64,000 bases of DNA from Verrucomicrobiales bacterium (GTDB taxonomy: Bacteria > Verrucomicrobiota > Verrucomicrobiia > Limisphaerales > JAYPEY01), in assembly GCA_038126235.1 (NCBI GenBank), contig JAYPFK010000011.1, positions 81,863 through 145,862 of the forward strand, written 5' to 3'. The notes beneath the pieces are model-generated. The model saw nothing but the letters and a program-made list of their open reading frames with translations, was not told the origin of the DNA and did not search any database. Position numbers and translations under genes: made by a program. Numbering within the stretch: position 1 is the first letter of the stretch; every line of letters starts with the position of its first letter. This document shows positions 57,832 through 64,000 of this stretch, in pieces.

Positions 57832-60768
57832 ATGAAACCAATCGCCCTCACCGTCGTCGTTGCGCTTCTCGCCTCCACCTCCTTCGCCGCCGAGATTGAC
57901 GGTCCGCTCACGCCCCAGGATTCGCTGAAACACTTCAAGCTGGAAGCGGGCCTGAAACTGGAACTCGCCGTGGCCGAACCCCTGGTCGTCGATCCGGTCG
58001 CAACCGCCTTTGACGCCGCCGGGCGAATGTATGTCGCGGAGAACCGCGGCTACCCAACCGGCCCTGGCGAGGGCAAGGCCCCGCTCGGTGTCGTCGCGCT
58101 GCTGGAGGACGCAGACAATGACGGCGTCTTTGAGAAGCGCACGGAGTTCGCGAAGGAACTGAGCTACCCGAACGGCCTCCTGCCCTGGCGGGGCGGCGTT
58201 TTCGTCACCTGCGCGCCGGACATCTTCTACCTCAAGGACACCGACGGCGACGGCAAGGCGGACGTCCGCAAGGTCGTGCTGACCGGCTTCCACATCAAGA
58301 GCACGACCCAGCTCCGCGTCAGCCACCCGAAGCTCGGCCCCGACGGCTGGGTCTGGGTGACCGCCGGTCTGCAGGGCGGCGACGTCGAATCACCGCTGAA
58401 CGACAAGCAGGCGAAGGTCTCCTACAAGAAGAGCGACGGGCGGTTTCATCCGGACACCTTCGAGTTCACCACGGTCTCGGGGCAGGCGCAGTTCGGCCTC
58501 ACCTTTGACGACTACGGGAACAAGTTCATCTGCGCCAATCGCAATCCCATCTGGCACACCGTCCTCCAACCCGAACAGCTCCAGCGCAACCCGCGCTACG
58601 CCTTCTCACAGACCGTGAACGTCGTGGGCACGGCCGGGGCCGAGTCCGTGGTTTCCCCCCTGAGTCGAGACACCACCACCGCCGGCTTCCACGCGTCCCT
58701 GCTTTCCAGCCTGCACCTCGGCTCCTTCACTTCCGCCTGCGGCACGCTGATCTTCCGCGGCGACGGACTGACGCCCGACCACTACGGCGACGCCTTCATC
58801 TGCGAGCCGGCGCAAAACCTCGTGCAGCGCCGCGTTCTCATCCCGACCGGAGGCTCCTTCGACGCCCGCATCGCCAAGGACGGCGAGGACTTCCTCGCCA
58901 CGCCCGACACCTGGTCGCGCATCGTTTACGCGGACCAGGGTCCTGACGGCGCGCTCTACCTCACGGACTTCTACCGCAAGACGCTCGACCATCCGCAGTA
59001 CCTGCCCGCGGACATGCGGGACACGGCGGACTTCGTCAGCGGCACAACCCAGGGCCGCATCTACCGCGTCGCGAAGAAGGGCGGAAAAAAGCGCCGCAAG
59101 CCGGAGGACCTCGCCGAGGCGGATTCAAAGAAGCTGGTCGCCGCACTGGACGACGCCAACGGCTGGCGCCGCGACACCGCGCGCCGGTTGCTCCTGGAAC
59201 GCAACGCGCCCGACTCCGTCGCGCCGCTGAAGCAGGCGATGCGCAAGGGCAAGACCCCGGCCGGCCGCGTCGCCGCCCTCTGGACGCTGGCCAATCTCGG
59301 CAAGCTCGAAAACGGCGCCCTTGCCGCGACACTCAAGGACAAGCATCCGCGCGTCCGGGAGAACGCCGTCCGCCTCGTCGAAACGCGCGCAAAGCAGGCT
59401 CCCGGCCTGGTGAAGGCGCTGCTGGCCATGAAGAACGACCCCGACGCCAAGGTCCGGTTCCAACAGGCTCTGGCGCTCGGGGAAACCGACGATCCCGCCA
59501 AGTTGAAACCACTGGCATCCATCGCGTTCCAGAGTCCCGAGGACCAGTGGACGCGCGCCGCGGTCCTGAGTTCCATCGGCGAGGACTCCAAGACCTTCGC
59601 CGTGAACCTCCTAGGTCTTCACGCGCTGACCAACACCAAGAAGCCGCGCGACCTCTCGCCCCTGATGAGCGACCTCGGCCGGATTCTGGGAGCCAGCCGT
59701 TCACCCGAGGATGTCCGTGAAGTGTTCGCCCTCGCGAACAAGTTTGAAGCTCCGTCCGACGCCGCGTGGCAGCGTTCCCTGTTGGCCGGCATCGCCGACG
59801 GTCTCCGCGCCAAGCGCTCCTCCCTCGTCGCGTTGCTCAACGGCTCCGACGCCGGCAAGGCCATGCGGCCCGACGTGGACGCCATCATGAAGCAGGCCGT
59901 CGCCGACGCCGCCGACGCCAAGGCTTCCGAGGCCGCCCGCCTCGCTGCCGTGGAGTTGCTCGCCCATTCCGATTACGCGACCTGCGGGGCGACGCTGCTG
60001 GATCTCGTTGGTTCCCGCGCCCCGCTCGACCTGCAGCAGGCCGCCATCCGGTCACTCACCCGCATCGTCGATCCGAAGATCGGCCCGGCCCTCGTCGAGC
60101 CGAAGAAATGGCGCGCCTATTCGCCGGCCATCAGCCAGGCCGTCGTGGGCGGCATGCTGTCCAACAGCCGCCTGCTGCCCGATCTCATGAAGGCGATGAA
60201 GACCGGCATCGTGCAGAGCTGGATGGTCGAGCCCCGCCGTCGCGCCAGCCTGATGAAATCGCGCGACAAGCAGGTGCAGGCGATCGCGAAGGAGATCTTC
60301 GGCAGCCTCGAATCCGGCGACCGCAAGAAGGCCTACGAGGAGGCGAAGGCCGCAGCCTCCATGAAGGGATCGGCCGCCAGCGGCAAGGTCGTCTACACCA
60401 AGGTCTGCGCGCAGTGCCACTTCTACGAGGGCGTGGGCGTCAAGGTCGGCCCCGACCTGACCGGCATGCGCAACCAGCCCGCCGAGGCGCTGCTCCTGCA
60501 CATCGTCATGCCGAATTACGAGGTCGTCCCCGGCTTCACCAGCTACGAGCTCGACACCAAGGACGACCGCAGCCTCAGCGGCCTGCTCGCCTCCGAGTCG
60601 GACACCAGCGTGACCATCCGCCAGGCGCAGGGCGTCGAGGAGACCGTGCTTCGCTCCAACATCCTCTCGATGCGCTCCACCAGTCTCTCGCTCATGCCGG
60701 AGGAGTTGGAGAAGAGCATCACCAAGCAGGAACTGGCGGACCTGCTGGCGTTCCTGAAGGGGCAGTGA
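57832..60768 (+). CDS. PVC-type heme-binding CxxCH protein (dehydrogenase-like propeller + HEAT repeats + cytochrome c domain)
   Basis: Signal peptide. Motifs EPLVVDPVATAFDAAGRMYVAENRGYP and DTDGDGKAD. HEAT-like repeats (HPRVRENAVRLV, DPDAKVRFQQALALG). C-terminal CAQCHFYEG...SLMPEELEKSITKQELADLLAFLKG. Confidence 0.88.
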   Translation: MKPIALTVVVALLASTSFAAEIDGPLTPQDSLKHFKLEAGLKLELAVAEPLVVDPVATAFDAAGRMYVAENRGYPTGPGEGKAPLGVVALLEDADNDGVFEKRTEFAKELSYPNGLLPWRGGVFVTCAPDIFYLKDTDGDGKADVRKVVLTGFHIKSTTQLRVSHPKLGPDGWVWVTAGLQGGDVESPLNDKQAKVSYKKSDGRFHPDTFEFTTVSGQAQFGLTFDDYGNKFICANRNPIWHTVLQPEQLQRNPRYAFSQTVNVVGTAGAESVVSPLSRDTTTAGFHASLLSSLHLGSFTSACGTLIFRGDGLTPDHYGDAFICEPAQNLVQRRVLIPTGGSFDARIAKDGEDFLATPDTWSRIVYADQGPDGALYLTDFYRKTLDHPQYLPADMRDTADFVSGTTQGRIYRVAKKGGKKRRKPEDLAEADSKKLVAALDDANGWRRDTARRLLLERNAPDSVAPLKQAMRKGKTPAGRVAALWTLANLGKLENGALAATLKDKHPRVRENAVRLVETRAKQAPGLVKALLAMKNDPDAKVRFQQALALGETDDPAKLKPLASIAFQSPEDQWTRAAVLSSIGEDSKTFAVNLLGLHALTNTKKPRDLSPLMSDLGRILGASRSPEDVREVFALANKFEAPSDAAWQRSLLAGIADGLRAKRSSLVALLNGSDAGKAMRPDVDAIMKQAVADAADAKASEAARLAAVELLAHSDYATCGATLLDLVGSRAPLDLQQAAIRSLTRIVDPKIGPALVEPKKWRAYSPAISQAVVGGMLSNSRLLPDLMKAMKTGIVQSWMVEPRRRASLMKSRDKQVQAIAKEIFGSLESGDRKKAYEEAKAAASMKGSAASGKVVYTKVCAQCHFYEGVGVKVGPDLTGMRNQPAEALLLHIVMPNYEVVPGFTSYELDTKDDRSLSGLLASESDTSVTIRQAQGVEETVLRSNILSMRSTSLSLMPEELEKSITKQELADLLAFLKGQ

Positions 60769-60782
60769 CCGACCGCGAACTC

Positions 60783-61397
60783 ATGGTCGAGACGCAGATC
60801 CGCGCCCGCGGCGTCAAGGATCCCAACGTGCTCTCGGCCATGAAACGCGTTCCGCGCGAGGACTTCGTGGGGCGAGCCACGCGGGGCCTCGCCTTCGCGG
60901 ACAGCCCGCTTTCCATCGACTGCGGGCAGACGATCAGCCAGCCCTTCATCGTCGCCTATATGTCCGAACTGCTCCAGGTCGGTCGGGACCACAAGGTCCT
61001 GGAGATCGGGACGGGCAGCGGCTACCAGACCGCCGTGTTGCTGGAACTGGCGGACCGCGTGTTCACCGTGGAGTTCATTCCCAAGCTCCACACGCAGGCC
61101 CGGGTGCGGCTGCTGTCAGAGCGCATGCCCCCGGAGCGATTCCGACTCGGCGACGGCCACGCCGGCTGGCCGGAGGAGGCGCCCTTCGACCGCATCATGG
61201 TCACGGCCGCCGCATCAACGATCCCGCCGGCCCTGGTCGATCAATTGGCGCCGGGCGGCCGGATGGTGATCCCGGTGGGCGATCCCAGCGAGGTCCAGCA
61301 GATTCACGTCGTGACCCGCGATGAACGCGGGCGGACGTCCTGCGCCCGGGACATCGGCGTGCGTTTCGTACCGCTGGTGTCGGGCCAGGGGGCATGA
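60783..61397 (+). CDS. pcm: Protein-L-isoaspartate O-methyltransferase
   Basis: Motifs VPREDFV, QTISQPFIVAYM, the SAM motif VLEIGTGSGYQTAVL, and GGRMVIPVG. An alternative GTG start at 60765 overlaps the upstream stop (GTGA). Confidence 0.9.
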   Translation: MVETQIRARGVKDPNVLSAMKRVPREDFVGRATRGLAFADSPLSIDCGQTISQPFIVAYMSELLQVGRDHKVLEIGTGSGYQTAVLLELADRVFTVEFIPKLHTQARVRLLSERMPPERFRLGDGHAGWPEEAPFDRIMVTAAASTIPPALVDQLAPGGRMVIPVGDPSEVQQIHVVTRDERGRTSCARDIGVRFVPLVSGQGA

Positions 61398-61487
61398 AGG
61401 AAACTCCGACGGCTGCGTCGCATCGAAGCGACTGAGACTGGGGACTATCCGGAAGGTCATACCGGAACCGGTTCGGTACAAAAAAAT

Positions 61488-61563
<76 letters not shown>

Positions 61564-61715
61564 ACCGAAGGGGGTGGAATTTATTCAACCGTCGGGATTT
61601 GTCAACACCCGCATGCGCGCGGGAACAAAACTTTTTTGACGAGGAGGAAGAGGCCAAACCGCCAGGGCGCGTGAAGCGGCTCACGGACTCGATTGCATTC
61701 GCGACGTCCGGGGGT

Positions 61716-63128
61716 ATGATCGCCCCCATGTCCGCGCAATCGAGCCCGGCGTTCGCCGAGAACCCTCCGCTGTTCAAGGACGACCTTGTGCTGAAACAGG
61801 GAGCGGACTTTCGCGGGCTGACCATCCAGAGCCTGCTGGGCAAGGGCGGCATGGGCTCGGCCTTCCTGGCCAGCCATCCCATCCTGCGCGTTCCGCTCGT
61901 GATCAAGACATTCCGGCCGCTGGATGAGGGCGACATCTTCAAGGAGGCGCATCTGGCCGCCCGCGTGTCCTCCCCGCACACCATCGCGGTCGTGGATGCG
62001 GGCTTCGAGCGGGGCATCCCCTTCATGATCCAGGAGTACGTGGACGGGATCGACCTGGGCGAGTTGACGCGCTGGCTGCTCCAGTGCCGACTGGAGGCCC
62101 CGGTGGGCATGGTTGCGCGGATCGCCGCCCAGGCGTCGGAGGGTCTGCACGCCATTCACCAGGCCGGCGTGGTGCATTGCGACGTCAAGCCGCCCAACCT
62201 TTTCCTCCGCGGCGACGGCAACATCACCATCGGCGACTTTGGCATCGCGATTCCGGCAATCGCCGAGCATGGCGCGAACTACGCGGGTTCCCCTTATTTC
62301 GCCGCGCCGGAACAATGGCGCGACGATCCCCTGGACCGCCGCTGTGACATCTATGCGCTGGGAGCCACCATGCACTTCCTGAAACGCCAGGAACCGCCCT
62401 TCCGGGGGCCGGAGATCGAGGATATCCGGGAGGCGCATCTGCATTGCCCCTACCAGCCCCCCGAAACCTCGGATCCCGTCGAGGCCTTCTTCTACCTGAT
62501 CGTCGGGACCATGATGCAGAAACATCCCGACGCGCGTCCCGCCACCGCGGCGATCGTGGCGCGCAACCTGCAGGGACACCAGTTGATGCCGCCGAGTTAC
62601 ACTGCCGAGTCCGAGCATTGCCTCAAGGTCGGCCCCCTGCGCGTGACCCTCAGCGTCGCCGACCTCACCCAGACCAAGGCCGATGTCATCGTCAACGCCG
62701 CCAGCCGGAGCCTGAGCATGCACGATGGACTCGCGGGGGCGCTCCGGGAGGCCGGCGGAGCCGAAATCGAGACCGAGGCCGCCAAGCACGCTCCCGTGGC
62801 GTTGGGGGATGTGATCTGGACGAAGGCCGGCCGACTGCGGGCCAAAGCGGTCGCCCACGCCGCCGCCGCGACCAAGGGCGCCGCCTGCATCCAACGCTGC
62901 GTGCTGCGGACGCTTCTCGGGGCGGAGCGGCGGGGGTTCAAATCCGTCGCCTTTCCGGCCCTTGGCACGGGCATCGCGGAACTCCCGGCCGAGAGCGCCG
63001 CCCAACTCACCCTTGAAGCCATCCGCACCTTCGCCGAATTCCAACCCCGACGTGTGACCGACGCGGAAATCGTCGTCAACAACCTCGAAGTCTACCGTTC
63101 CTGGATGGACATCGCCGATGCGATCTGA
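61716..63128 (+). CDS. Hanks-type Ser/Thr protein kinase fused to a C-terminal macro domain
   Basis: Kinase motifs: GKGGMGSAF (Gly loop), LVIKTF (Lys), HCDVKPPNLF (catalytic loop), IGDFGIA (DFG) and YFAAPE (APE). Macro-like C-terminus: ADVIVNAAS...DGLAGALREAGG...FKSVAFPALGTGIAELP. Start at ATG 61716 or 61728; the ORF-track start at 61599 abuts the tRNA. Confidence 0.8.
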   Translation: MIAPMSAQSSPAFAENPPLFKDDLVLKQGADFRGLTIQSLLGKGGMGSAFLASHPILRVPLVIKTFRPLDEGDIFKEAHLAARVSSPHTIAVVDAGFERGIPFMIQEYVDGIDLGELTRWLLQCRLEAPVGMVARIAAQASEGLHAIHQAGVVHCDVKPPNLFLRGDGNITIGDFGIAIPAIAEHGANYAGSPYFAAPEQWRDDPLDRRCDIYALGATMHFLKRQEPPFRGPEIEDIREAHLHCPYQPPETSDPVEAFFYLIVGTMMQKHPDARPATAAIVARNLQGHQLMPPSYTAESEHCLKVGPLRVTLSVADLTQTKADVIVNAASRSLSMHDGLAGALREAGGAEIETEAAKHAPVALGDVIWTKAGRLRAKAVAHAAAATKGAACIQRCVLRTLLGAERRGFKSVAFPALGTGIAELPAESAAQLTLEAIRTFAEFQPRRVTDAEIVVNNLEVYRSWMDIADAI

Positions 63129-63207
63129 AATAGCTGATAGCTGAGATAGCCGGCGCTGCGTGCGTCACACCCTGGCAACAGACAAAGCGCCGCCAACCAA
63201 GCCCGAC

Positions 63208-63879
63208 ATGAACGAACCTGATCACGAAGTCCGGGACGAGATCCTGAAGAGCCTCGACGGGCTTTACGCCGCCGTCGTTTGCGACGTGCTGGACGCGCTC
63301 GGCTACCGCAACCAGACCCTGCCCTCGCGCATCCGGCCGCTCACGCCGACCAAGGAGGTGCGCGGCCGGGTGTTCACCGCCCGGGCCGAGGCCGTCACCG
63401 AAATCCCCGCCGAGCCCTACAAGCTGGAGATCGGCGCGGTGGACGCCATGACGCGCGGCGATGTGCTGCTGGTCGATGCGGAGGACAACGACACCTGCGG
63501 CTTCTGGGGCGAACTGCTGACAACCGCCTGCATCTACAAGGGCGTCCGCGGCGTCGTGATGACGGCCTGCACCCGCGACCTCTGGGGCCTGACCGAATCT
63601 GGCTTCCCCGTCTTCGGAATCGGCTGTCATCCGGCCGACAGCAAGGGCCGCGCGGACATCGTCGAGATCGGCCAACCCATCGAGATCGACGGCGTCCGGG
63701 CAAAGACCGGAGACTACCTGCTCGGCGACGAGGACGGCGTGGTGGTAATCCCGGAGGAGGCGGCCGTCGATGCCATCCGCAAGGCGCAGGAAAAGGTCTC
63801 CGGCGAAAATGTCGCCCGCGCCGACCTGGCCAACGGCGTCCCCATGGGCGAGGTCTTCAAGAAGTACGGGATACTCTGA
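63208..63879 (+). CDS. RraA-family protein (RNase E regulator / 4-hydroxy-4-methyl-2-oxoglutarate aldolase family)
   Basis: Motifs VVCDVLDALGY, GDVLLVDAEDNDTCGFWGELLTTACIYKGVRGVVMTACTRD and GDYLLGDEDGVVVIP. Start at ATG 63208. Confidence 0.82.
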   Translation: MNEPDHEVRDEILKSLDGLYAAVVCDVLDALGYRNQTLPSRIRPLTPTKEVRGRVFTARAEAVTEIPAEPYKLEIGAVDAMTRGDVLLVDAEDNDTCGFWGELLTTACIYKGVRGVVMTACTRDLWGLTESGFPVFGIGCHPADSKGRADIVEIGQPIEIDGVRAKTGDYLLGDEDGVVVIPEEAAVDAIRKAQEKVSGENVARADLANGVPMGEVFKKYGIL

Positions 63880-64000
63880 AGCGAGGGAGAAAGACATGTT
63901 TCCGTCACCTGCTCCGCATTCTGTTTTCATGAACCTGACTTTGACACGTGAGGTAGGGAGCCGTGGTTTGCGAAGGAGCTCCCAATCACGCGCCAGCGTT

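Overview
GC-rich (by eye about two-thirds G+C), gene-dense 64-kb chromosomal segment. I call about 42 protein genes and one tRNA-Lys(CUU). I see no rRNA, CRISPR array or prophage. The gene content is typical of the PVC superphylum (Verrucomicrobiota/Planctomycetota-like). It includes three giant PSCyt1/DUF1549/DUF1553 proteins each followed by a TAT-signal DUF1501 protein, three PVC-type CxxCH heme-domain proteins, three Cys-type (CxPxR) sulfatases, a DUF1080 protein and two TAT-signal Gfo/Idh/MocA oxidoreductases. These are interspersed with housekeeping genes: an MsbA-like ABC exporter, rsmB, purD, thiG, heptose kinase and phosphatase, pcm, and an ECF sigma module. Most long ORFs antisense to these genes are GC-driven shadow ORFs. 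Items worth a second look: (1) a single in-frame TGA that splits a cytochrome-c/PQQ-sugar-dehydrogenase fusion gene at a position colinear with intact paralogs; (2) the thrice-repeated PSCyt/PSD + DUF1501 gene pair of unknown function, one copy split by a RAYT transposase flanked by three-hairpin REP units; (3) a Hanks kinase fused to a macro domain next to the tRNA; (4) a 678-aa Gre-factor homolog with a large N-terminal extension and an acidic tandem-repeat tail; (5) at least six families of palindromic or MITE-like repeats filling nearly every larger intergenic gap, one of which supplies the most plausible start codon of a sulfatase-esterase fusion; (6) a conserved AT-rich 45-bp palindrome upstream of two unrelated secreted-protein genes. 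All family names come from motif recognition by eye; no BLAST, HMM or folding software was run.
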